Source of the DNA: Bilabrum cf. latius
Taxonomy: Eukaryota
Assembly: GCA_965178125.1 (NCBI GenBank)
Contig: OZ237741.1
Coordinates: forward strand, 496,001-560,000
Reading direction: 5' to 3'
Length of the DNA: 64,000 nucleotides
Made by a program: the position numbers and the translations under genes. A model generated the notes under the pieces. The model was not told the DNA's origin. It did not search any database and worked only from the letters and a program-made list of their open reading frames with translations. This document shows positions 52,588-63,696 of this stretch, piece after piece (position 1 is the first letter of the stretch; the number at the start of each line of letters is the position of its first letter).

Positions 52588-55218
52588 ATGCCTTCAACGT
52601 TTGGCGCGAAGGCATGCCTGTGAGGATAACGATTGGACTGTGAATCGCGCGCAGCGGCGTACACCCGTCTTATCTCGCGCACCTGACAGCATTGCTAGGC
52701 AAAGCCATGCATCAAAACCGTATGTTGTGAATCCTCTCTATTTGCTTGTCGCAGCATCCTTGCGGCGGCCATGGTGGCTGCCCCAACTGCATTCGCTGCG
52801 AGCGGGTCCAACGCGTCTCTAGCTCGAAGGCCGGACCTCGAAACGGCTGTGGCAGCAGAGCGCTCTTTGATGCAAGTGCTGAGTACGACAGTAGCTAACT
52901 TTACTGTCAAATCTCACCAGAAGATCTCCAATACGGAAGGCGGCTTCACCGGCGAGCTGATCAGTGGTGACGAGTTCGGATCTTCCGTGGCATCCCTGGG
53001 CGACCTGGACGGAGATGGCACCACCGACCTCGCAGTGGGGGCAGCCTACCATGGTGATGGATTCATCAACCGCGGGGCAACTTGGATCCTCTTCTTGAAC
53101 ACCAACGGCACCGTCAAGTCTCACCAGAAGATCTCCAATACGGAAGGCGGCTTCACCGGCGAGCTGGACAGAACTGACTACTTCGGATCTTCCGTGGCAT
53201 CCCTGGGCGACCTGGACGGAGATGGCACCACCGCCCTCGCAGTGGGGGCAATGGGTGGTGGTGATGGAGGGCCTATGCGCGGGGCAACTTGGATCCTCTT
53301 CTTGAACACCAACGGCACCGTCAAGTCCCACCAGAAGATCTCCAATACGGAAGGCGGCTTCACCGGCGAGCTGGACGATTATGACTAGTTCGGATCTTCC
53401 GTGGCATCCCTGGGCGACCTGGACGGAGATGGCACCACCGCCCTCGCAGTGGGGGCACGCCAAGATGATGATGCGTAGAGTGCCAGCGGGGCAACTTGGA
53501 TCCTCTTCTTGAACACCAACGGCACCGTCAAGTCCCACCAGAAGATCTCCAATACGGAAGGCGGCTTCACCGGCGAGCTGGACAGAAATGACTACTTCGG
53601 ATCTTCCGTGGCATCCCTGGGCGACCTGGATGGAGATGGCACCACCGCCCTCGCAGTGGGGGCAATCGGTGATATTGATGGTGGAAACAATATGCGCGGG
53701 GCAACTTGGATCCTCTTCTTGAACACCAACGGCACCGTCAAGTCCCACCAGAAGATCTCCAATACGGAAGGCGGCTTCACCGGCGAGCTGGACGATTATG
53801 ACTAGTTCGGATCTTCCGTGGCATCCCTGGGCGACCTGGATGGAGATGGCACCACCGACCTCGCAGTGGGGGCAACTCGAGATGATGATGGACGGGACGA
53901 TCGCGGGGCAACTTGGATCCTCTTCTTGAACACCAACGGCACCGTCAAGTCCCACCAGAAGATCTCCAATACGGAAGGCGGCTTCACCGGCGAGCTGGAC
54001 GATTATGACTACTTCGGATCTTCCGTGGCATCCCTGGGCGACCTGGATGGAGATGGCACCACCGCCCTCGCAGTGGGGGCACGCCAAGATAATGATGGGG
54101 GGGATAAGAGTGGGGCTACTTGGATCCTGTTTAATGACGTAGTATTGCCGTCGCCGTCGCCGTCGCCCACCCCAAGCAGCAGTCCGACCCCGAGTAGCAG
54201 CCCCAGCACCTCGCCCACGCCGAGCACCACCAGCAGTCCCAGCACCTCGCCCACGCCGAGCACCACAAGCAGTCCCAGCACCTCGCCCACGCCGAGCACC
54301 ACAAGCAGTCCCAGCACCTCGCCCACGCCGAGCACCACCAGCAGTCCCAGCACCTCGCCCACGCCGAGCATCGCCAGCACCGATAGTGTCACGGGATTGA
54401 CATGCAGTGACGGCGAGACCAACTTCCAGGAGACCGATATTGACTGCGGGGACGCGTCTGCTGGTGACTGTCCCTTGTGCTCCCAGGGCAGGACCTGCAT
54501 TGTCACAGCCAACTGCGCAAGTGGACTCGTGTGCTCGGCCAGCAGCAACACGTGCACTGCTCCTATGAGGCCCAGGGGCAGGCGCATCACGGTGTCCAGG
54601 ACCAAGGTGTCGAGCGTGACCACGCCCATCTTCCAGTCGAACCTTCTGGCTCCCTTCGTCACGGCGATCGGGGATGTCGCCAGAAGTGATGATGTAGTCA
54701 TCGACCGGCTGACCACGTCTTCGACCAGCAGGGGCCGCTCCCTTCAGGCCTCGGGCTCAGAGGAAAATGGCGTTTCCGCCACCGAGCTGGACTTCACCGT
54801 AACAATTCCGCTGGAGCGCACCGACGTGGATCAGACGAGGCAGGACATCCTGGCCTTCCTGCGGGGCATTATGACCACGTCCGAAGATGATACGCTGGTG
54901 GAGGTGCTCAGAATGGCTGCGCCCGCCGAGATGGCCCCGCTACTGGCGGTTGATACGACCAGTATTGCCGTGGAGGTCACTGTACAAGAAGAGGACCTGC
55001 AAGTGGAGGAGGCTGTAGCTCCTTCTACGGACGAAGATGACGACGAGGGAGGGGCCAGCATGGTCATCATCATCGTGGTGGTGGTCGTCGTCATTGCCGT
55101 CATTGTGGGAGCAGTCACCTACTTCTTCAAGTGCAGGAACACCAAGCCAGGGATTGCCAAGAAGGACGACAAGGCGGTCGATGCGAAGGAAGAGCATCAG
55201 GTAGCCGAGGCCGTGTGA
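52588..55218 (+). CDS. Type I membrane protein: FG-GAP (integrin-alpha-like) repeats, PST stalk, Cys-rich module, TM; intron 52620-52754
   Basis: Spliced signal peptide MPSTFGAKACL|ILAAAMVAA; six FGSSVASLGDLDGDG..LAVGA repeats of 207/210 bp; three in-frame TAG; ETDIDCG module; TGA stop. Confidence 0.85.
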
Positions 55219-55503
55219 ATTGGCCTTAGCCAAAACTCGAAACCCCGCTGCTCGGAAGAAGGTGGCGCTGGTCATCAGTGCTGCCCCGCAAACACGCTTG
55301 GTGCATCGGGCATTTCGTTATACGCCACACCACATGGAATGGGCCGTACGGGGAGGCGCTGGTGGCGACGGAGTACCGTCGGAAGGTTCTGTTTCAAATT
55401 GGGAGTCGGAGCGCGCGGAGAGTTCCGGTTTGATCGGACCGTGGAGATCCGTCGGTTGTAACTTGCCGCGATACTTTCGTCACACCAAATTTGGCAAGCA
55501 ACG

Positions 55504-57311
55504 ATGCGCAACAGTTTCAAAATATCCATGCACCGGACTAGAAAGAGAAAGCGAGCGGCCCCAGCAGACCGTCTAGGTCGAGTTGTTCGATCAACTCGCC
55601 TGGGGAAAGCGTGGGAGGATGCCAACGTGCTTGCACACAGTATCAGGACGGCGCTGCACGAAGAAGTTCAAACGGTGTGCGATGCCAAAGCGATTAGTGC
55701 ACCTGTTTCAGACAAAGCACTGCCCGGTTTTCTTGAGGGTGAAAAGTATAGAGACTTTGCATGGCAATTCTGCAAAACTTGGAGGGAAAAATCTATTTCG
55801 GGGACGAACTGGGGGGTGCAGGCACGGCTTCGTGAGATGGCTGCGACTTCCGCGGATAGCATAGTACCGAACCCTTCGACCCTGTACAGGTGGAGAGACA
55901 AATTCAATGAGGCACGGCTTTATGGATATTGTGAGGTGGGGACAAGGAAGCTTTGTTGGCCAGCTGAGGTTCTGTTCGCGGAAACTGTACGACGCCGTGC
56001 AGTTGCACGTCAATCTATGACAATGCGGGAGCGTGGTCAAACACTGGAACGTTTGCTCGTCTGATGCAGGAGGTAGGTGAATCTGTATTGGCTACCCGAA
56101 GAAGGCTTGCCAAGGCCGCTCGCGATGCGAAGGACGAGGCCAGAGCTCTGAAGATCGAGGACCCGAGCAAGTGCCCCGCCGTGCTGATCATGGACAACCT
56201 CGGCATCCACTGCACTGAGATAGCAAAGCGAGTTGCTAAGAAGTACGGAATAAGGCTTGTGTTCCTTCCCGCAGGACTGACTGACCAGATGCAGGTGCTT
56301 GATACGCACATCTTTGCGGCCTTCAAGCGTAAGCTCAGGGCGAGTGTGCGCTCCTTCCAGCGAGCTCTGCGCAAGGTCAACACGAGGAGGATCCGCAAGC
56401 TACAGGCCAAGTACCAAGGTGCTCCAGTTCCAGAGAGTGAAAAGCCTCCTCGAGTGAATCTTGACGAGTCGCTAGCCCCAGCCATCGTGTACGAGGCCTG
56501 CCACGGCGCAATCCTGAACAGCACCAACGCGAGCAAGGGGTTCGAGGACAACGGCCAGTTCCCGCTTGACCCGACCAAGCTGATCAGCCCTGCAGACTGG
56601 ATCCACCTACAGGAGAAAAAGGTGCTGCCGACCCAGGCAGACAGGCTTATTTCTCCAATTCTTTTGCTTGCAAGACGAGAGGCCGGGGCGCAAGCGGCGG
56701 AGGGGGTGGATGTCCTGTCTGCCGATGACATTGTTGGATCCTCGACAGTGCTGAGCGCAGCCGCGTCATCCAGCAGCAGCAGCAGCAGCAGCAGCAGTGC
56801 AGCGGCAGAAGAAGCAGCAGAAAGTGCGTCTGAATTGACGAGCCCCTTTGCTCAAGCTATACTTGGGCTGGAAGTCGACACAGATGATGAGACAGATGAG
56901 GATGAGGACCGACCATCTCAGGCGAAGAGGCCCCGCAGTGGAACTGGAGCCGTCGTTGATCGAATCGTAGGTGGGACTGTGGCAAAGGAAGTCATGCCAA
57001 TCATGGAGAAGGAGATGCTATCCTAGCCGGTGCCTGCATCTGTGGTAGATACCAGGAACAGGTAGGGTGGCTTTGTTGGGGGGGTTCGAGAGCGGCTGCT
57101 ACAGCACCGCGCATTGGCCCCTGGGACGATGCGCTCCGCCTTGGCAAAGGCAGAGACGAAGGCGAAAGCTCTACAGACTGGAGTTACGTTTCTTGAGGCA
57201 TATGTGTCTGCCTACATGGGTGCAGATGCGGCTGCGCCGATCCTCGCGCAGGCACGCCAAGCCATGGACGACATTGATGGAGGCGATCGGGTGAAGGAGG
57301 GAAGACAATGA
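55504..57311 (+). mobile_element. Defective pogo/Tc5-like DDE_1 transposase
   Basis: HTH-like PSTLYRWRDK; frame change at 56064; VLIMDNLGIH..LVFLPAGLTDQMQVLD..FAAFK. First catalytic Asp region not seen; TIRs not identified. Confidence 0.7.
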
Positions 57312-60072
57312 TAATAGATCAAACATATTTCAATTAATAGACAAACCATATCGTCTAAGGCACCTTAAATATCGATTTGTGAAACTGTTGCACATCGTTG
57401 CTACACTCATCACACAATTGCGGCGCCGCGCAATCCCCCCCAGGGCCCTGCTAAAGCTAATACTTTGAATTCACTGTTTACCCTCTTACTGAGCTGCTCT
57501 GGCGACGAGAGCCGCCGCGATGGATTCGCAAGCGTCGAATTAGCCGGATTGTGTTGATAATGGACTCCGAATCCCTTTTGTCGCCGCGCAAATCTCTGAT
57601 CCGGAACCGGCAAAAACCAGAAAAAAGTGTTGCGTTCCGTTACATCCGACGGATGTGGCGCTGGAATCGTGGCACCTTGTTGGAAGCACGCGCACCAACC
57701 AGCGCAGAAAGAGAGACGCCTGCAGCACAAAGTAACATACACTGAGTGCAGAAGGCGTACAACATAAGTTGAGTTATAGCTGACATCTGAACCTCCTCTT
57801 CGTCGAGGAAGCCACGGGTGGAAAAAATCACCTTCTGAAGTATGCATCTGTACGGTCTTAGCTGAACTCCGAAATCGCCGATTGGGCCCTCCTCGCGGGG
57901 CCTTGTACAAAGTACCAGTGAGCATTTTCGAGTATTTGATGACGTTTATTGATAAATATATGGTTTTATATCATGAATATGTGGTCTAATTTTGCCAGAA
58001 ACGTCTAGAACGCGAGATATATGGGCCCAAAGAGAACTGTTTTGGCCTCGACCGCCGTTGGTGAGGCCAGCAAGGTCTCTGAGATTGAGGTCGCGCGGTG
58101 GGCGCAGGACCCGCTCGAGGTGCAGGAGCAGATGCGACGTAGCGATGCGAGGAGTGAGAGAGAAAGAAAGCGGCTAGGGATGCAGACCAGGAGAGGCGGC
58201 GACGCGGGGTGGGCGACGGATGGAAAGGGGGGTGGTGTGGGTGGAGCAGAGAGAGAGGGCGAGGGATGGGGGGGGGGCGGAGCAGAGAGAGAAGGCGATA
58301 GATGGGCGGGGGGGCAAAGCAGGGAGGAGGGGGGGGCGGCGGTTCACCAAGTGGGGAGGAAGCAGTGGAGGAGAAGATGAGTGGTGGGGTCATCGGGTTG
58401 ATACGGCGGATACAAAGGGGGAGGCACAGGCCGGGCAGGTGGGGGTTTGGGCATGTGGGGGACGAGTGACTCGGGTCAGGGGGGATCGGATCACCGACCA
58501 CATGCGGATGTGGAAGTTGAGAGGTCACAATTAGACTCGTGCGGCAATCAAGCCGCGTGCTATTCGGGCGCTGAGGGGCAGCGCTCGCCAGTTTTCTTTT
58601 TGGTAACTTTGAGGATGGGCTCTCGGAGGAAACCAACTGCAACCATGTGTGACTGTCTGCGAGATTAGGGTGCTGTGTACAACGTGTGATCTCAGAATCT
58701 GAAGCGAACCTCTTGGGAGTCCCATTGTTCGCCCCATTTCTTGTCTGTTTATGGGATTGAGCCTCCAATTTTCACGCAGTTATTAGATAAAGGGTCAAAT
58801 ATTCATGTCAGCAATTGTTGATACATGTACGGTCGTCAGAGCCCATCCACATTCCTTGCCCGGTCAGTCAGAATGCGCCGCCGCTTTCCGGGTCGATCCA
58901 CGACCTTACTTTCCGCTTTCTTGCCCCGTGCAACACAACCAGAATAATGTCCTTCTATTTTGCTTGTATTTCTTTCCCCCGCTTTCTGCTCGACCGACCT
59001 AGTCGGTGTCCAGCCCATTTTCTCGCACACGGCTCTTCAGTGCCCGGACCATTGCGCGCTGCCCCCACAGCTCTGCCTGCGCCTATTCACGCGGTTCAAT
59101 GCTGGACACTTTCCTTTCCTCTTGCCCTCAAACTGTTCTCGCAGCTCCTTCATATACTAGTCATTAAATGCCTTTTTGCCCTCTTTCGATGCTGAACTCG
59201 CCTACTTCCTGTCAGCCCTCTCCTGGATCGCTTTTCGCTGGCTCAATACAGTACTCTCGGCCGCGTGTAACTCATAAGCCCCCATATCTTCCATTTTTTG
59301 GCGAGAGCTAGCGCGGTTGATGAAGTGCCGCGCACCCTCTGCCGCTGTAAATGCAGTAGCGATGGCACCAGCCTGCATCGTCTGAACATCATCCCACGTA
59401 GCTCATCTGCTCCTTTGAAGAACTTACTACCATGAGTCCGCCTGGATACACTATCCTATGCTACTGCCTCACTCAGAAAGTGACCAGAATTCAGACTAGC
59501 ACCCAGATCGCCCAAATTCATGCTGAGGCCTGCCCTGCCCCCCCGGTGCATTGCCAAGTGGCTGTCGATCCGACCCGTGGGGTAGTCCTGCTGGCATGCT
59601 TCCCGCTGACGCTGGGTGAAGGACTGCTTGATACAGTGATGGGTGGCCTTTCTATCGACCCAATTCTCGCCTCTTTGCCCATGATTGTATCTTTTAAGCT
59701 GACGAAGCTACGCGGAGGTTGGGTTCTGGGTCAAAGAGTTGAGTCGGTGCTTCTGGATCTCGACCACCTCCAGCTGCCGCCTTATACACAGCGCCTCTCG
59801 GGTCCTTTTGAGCGCCTTCCAATCTTTGCCGATCGCCTCCGCCTCCCCCTCCTCCTGCTTGTTCTTGAGCCGCCTGGACTTGGTCACGACGTTATGCTTG
59901 GCCTCCCCGGTCGCACGGAGCACCAGCTTGAGTATCTCGAACACCCCCACTCCGTTTCGTTCAACAGTCTATCCTCTCCTTGCTCCTTGTCCCCGATAGG
60001 CTTGGTATTCGGCGATCACCTGGGCAGCCAAGCTGCAGCCACATCCTGCTGACCAGCAGCACTGGAACAGCA

Positions 60073-60465
60073 GGAGGAGGAGGAGGAGGAGGAGGAGGAG
60101 GAGGAGGAGGAGGAGGAGGAGGAGGAGGAGGAGGAGGAGGAGGAGGAGGAGGAGGAGGAGGAGGAGGAGGAGGAGGAGGAGGAGGAGGAAGAGGAGGAGG
60201 AGGAGGAGGAGGAGGAGGAGGAGGAGGAGGAGGAGGAGGAGGAGGAGGAGGAGGAGGAGGAGGAGGAGGAGGAGGAGGAGGAGGAGGAGGAGGAAGAGGA
60301 GGAGGAGGAGGAGGAGGAGGAGGAGGAGGAGGAGGAGGAGGAGGAGGAGGAGGAGGAGGAGGAGGAGGAGGAGGAGGAGGAGGAGGAGGAGGAGGAGGAG
60401 GAGGAGGAGGAGGAGGAGGAGGAGGAGGAGGAGGAGGAGGAGGAGGAGGAGGAGGAGGAGGAGGA
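60073..60465 (+). repeat. (GGA)~131 microsatellite
   Basis: Pure GGA run with two AGA interruptions at 60190 and 60295. Confidence 0.98.
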
Positions 60466-61675
60466 GCAGCTACCCCCCTTCAGACATGTCCTGCTCTCCG
60501 GTAGCCCTCAGTTGCGCGATAGCATGTCCCTACGACCTAGTGGCCTCCTCTGCGGCTGCAGCAACATTTGCTTCGGCAGCTGCAGCTTGCTCACTCTTCC
60601 TCTTTGTCACTTCTTCGCCAGCCTAGAATATAAGTACACTCATGGCTATTAATCAAGCGGCGCTCACGATCGGGAGGAAAGTAGCAGTTTGTTCCAGTCC
60701 GGCCGGTTCCCGTTCACTTGGGACAGCTCCTTCCCGCAGATGGCCGCGGCCAACGAGCGGTACAGTTGGAGCATGGTCTGATCAGATTAAGATTAATTCT
60801 AGATCTACTTTACCTTCCTTGCCAATTTTTACCCGGCCGGTCATTGGTTTCACAGTGGTGACCATGCCCAGCCCGGCCGTTGTCACAACGGCGTTGTGAG
60901 GACCGTGAACCATAGTGAGGCACATACCGTCTCGACAGACAGTTTCGGCTGCCCTTGCCAAAAATTACGAATCTCTGTATACATTGATGCCCAATGATGC
61001 TGCAAAATGATATCCTCGCACCATTTCTGCGTCACTTCGAACAGACGTACACATTCGACGTGGGCCTCGGCTGCCGCCACAACACGCCTCAACTTAGCAT
61101 CTCTCGTGCCTACACAGGCAAAGAATTTTTAAACTACTTTTTACTGTTGTAGCATAGTTGGACTCCCAATTCACTCGAAATTTATGGAGGTATTCGGCGA
61201 TAAAGTCAGAGTTCAGCTATGCCGCCTACATAGTTATGCCGCCTACATAGTTGGTATTAAGGAGACAGAGTCTGATTCGTTGTTGACGTCAAATGAGATG
61301 ATAAGCGTCTGTGCGATGAGAATGGCTCTGCGAAGAAGGAGAACGCGGCAACACCTTGTCGAACGAACGAACGAATCTTGATTTGTCCGTAGGTGGGAAG
61401 AGGAATTGTAGCGTTAGACATCGTAATCTGATTAACGGAAGAGGCAGACCATGCTCTAGTCGCGACTGGCGACACCGAGCGAGCAACCCAGTCGCCGGCG
61501 ACCGCGATTCGACCGGGACAAACAGCAATACGTGTCAAATACAGAAGTGACCAGTCTACGCGTGGCGGCATGCCAGTTGGCACAGCCAGGAGAGGCCCTG
61601 ATGCACGGCCACCACCACAAGCCACCGAGGCACGAAGGCCCCTGGGCCCTCTTCATCGAGTTCACCCAGCTGACT

Positions 61676-62090
61676 TCAGTAGCGTACATCCACAGTATCC
61701 TGCCAGCGACTGATCGACTCGATCGACCCGTTCGGGGTGAATGACAGCGGCACCATGTAGCTGAAATCGTGAGCCTTAATCCGGTCAGGTGCGCTCTACC
61801 ACCTGTCCCCGAACAGCACCCAGTCACTCCCAGTGTGCCAAATAGTGCCCGTCTGTGCCATCCAAATACTGGATCCATTCCCTGGGTATCTAGCGATCTG
61901 ACCCCTGTACTCGTAGTCCCCCATCGGAGACTCAGACGTGTACACCTCCACGCCCGTGCCGGCACCGCAGAAACAGCAGCACTACCCGATGATGACGTAG
62001 TACAGCCCCTCACGCTTGAACATAGCGACTCCTTCTAGGTTCCCAGGTCCGATGGTTGGAGACACGGCGGCAGGAGCTGCTGGTCCTAGC
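61676..62090 (-). CDS. 3' part of a GH43-like glycoside hydrolase gene, interrupted by the AT-rich insertion
   Basis: NLEGVAMFKREGLYYVIIG*CCCFC, AQTG, FGDRW*SAPDRIKAHDFSYMAPLSF; TGA at 61676. Confidence 0.75.
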
Positions 62091-62553
62091 CCCCCCCGCT
62101 ACGGTAATAAATAAATTTATTCCCTTCGGTTAAGGATGATTAACATCATCAATAGTTCCAGTCCATCAGAGCTAAAGCTCTTCAGTCCGTTCCACTCCTT
62201 TTGGAGCTAGTCGCTCCAAAAGTCAAGGTGAGCCTCTTCATACTGCTACTTCATATAACTGCTTTATCCTTCTAATTATATAAAATCAATTATATATAAA
62301 ACTCTATACGATGACCATATCCATACTTTGGGTATATATTATAGTAAGTTCTAATCAAAACGTGGATGTAGCCCTCTTGTGAAGGTGTTCTGGGACTCTA
62401 GCCATTTTCTAGCCAAAAGTTCCATCACTTTATGGGACTCCATTATTCAACCTTCTAAACTACCTTCATTATACCCCCTTATCCTCGCTTATACCTTCAC
62501 AAATGGAACAAACGCGCTTTTATTTTTAAATTGTTATAGAGCGTTTAAATTGA

Positions 62554-62587
62554 CTTAAAAAATATATTTATTATAGGTATATACAGA
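62554..62587 (+). promoter_or_regulatory. Conserved upstream motif of the element's genes (second copy 63663-63696)
   Basis: CTTAAA(A/T)AATATATTTATTATAGGTATATACAGA directly precedes both ATGs, 33/34 identical. Confidence 0.55.
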
Positions 62588-63607
62588 ATGGAATTATTAA
62601 AATGGGAAAATGGAACCTTGAAAGCTACACAACCAAAAGAATATTATGAACGAAATGGATTTTAGGTTAATTTTGAAGGGAAAACCTATCATATAGCAAT
62701 GGATAAAGATTATATAAGATGGTTTTTGAAGGACTATAAACCTTATGAAATAATAACAACATTCATAACAGATATGAGTGAAGTATTCAATGGATAGGAT
62801 AAATTTAATGAACCTTTGAATACTTGGGATGTTTCAAATGTTAAGGATATGAGTTTAATGTTTCAAAGTTGTAGAAGCTTTAATCAACCATTGAGCAATT
62901 GGGATGTTTCTAAGGTTGAAAAAATGTCGTCTATGTTCTATTTTTGTTCTAAATTCAATCAATCATTGAACGATTGGAATGTTAGTAATGTTAGGGATAT
63001 GAGTGGTATGTTTGGTTCTTGTTCAAGATTCAATCAACCATTGGATAATTGGGATGTTTCTAAGGTTGAAAATATGTCCTCTATGTTTAATGGATGTTGG
63101 AACTTCAATCAACCATTGGATAATTGGGATGTTTCTAACGTTGAAAATATGTCCTCTATGTTCCATTATTCTGAATTCAATCAATCATTGAACGATTGGA
63201 ATGTTAGTAATGTTAGGGATATGAGTGGTATGTTTGGTTCTTGTTCAAGATTCAATCAACCATTGGGTAATTGGGATGTTTCTAACGTTGAATATATATC
63301 CTCTATGTTTAATGGATGTTAGAACTTCAATCAACCATTGGATAATTGGGATGTTTCCAATGTCTAGAGTAAGTTTTAGATGTTAAAAGATTGTGAAAGT
63401 TTCAATCATTTAGAGAACGGTATTAAGGGTATAAGAATTGATTATTCTACAACATTGATACCGTTGTTAGAAAGACGAAAACATAAAACCATTAAAAAAA
63501 CAAAGAAATATAGAGAGGAATTAATTGCTAAAGCGTGGCACCCTTCAAGATTAGATTGGGTATTGGATAACGAGGAGCGAGACGAGATAGAGGATAATTT
63601 TAATTAA
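62588..63607 (+). CDS. DUF285/BspA-like leucine-rich-repeat protein (339 aa)
   Basis: Repeats FNQPLDNWDVSNVENMSSMF; five in-frame TAG (62663, 62795, 63320, 63365, 63377); TAA stop; C-terminal REELIAKAWHPSRL. Confidence 0.85.
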
Positions 63608-63696
63608 TAGAATTTTAATAATATTAATGATTATTTAATATTATAGTGTGAGTTTAAAAAGGCTTAAATAATATATTTATTATAGGTATATACAGA

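Noticed and set aside
53386-54011. TAG = Tyr (TAG/TAC alternate in FG-GAP repeats) or Trp (TGG/TAG in DUF285 repeats)
   Set aside because: Both sites are variable repeat positions (GAG also occurs at the FG-GAP site). The CAG/TAG pair and most sequence contexts fit Gln better. Not formally excluded.
52906-54135. CRISPR-like array or diversity-generating retroelement (constant repeats with variable inserts)
   Set aside because: Units are in-frame 207/210-bp protein repeats; there are no cas genes, no template repeat with adenine-specific differences and no intact RT.
1613-55218. Mass pseudogenisation or sequencing error explaining the broken ORFs
   Set aside because: Breaks are specifically TAG, keep frame, and occur in conserved genes such as L33, without accompanying TAA/TGA or frameshifts.
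59240-60030. Minus-strand frame open with TAG readthrough
   Set aside because: No credible start or recognisable domain; probably degraded element sequence.
59980-60504. Poly-glycine ORF in the track
   Set aside because: By-product of the GGA microsatellite.
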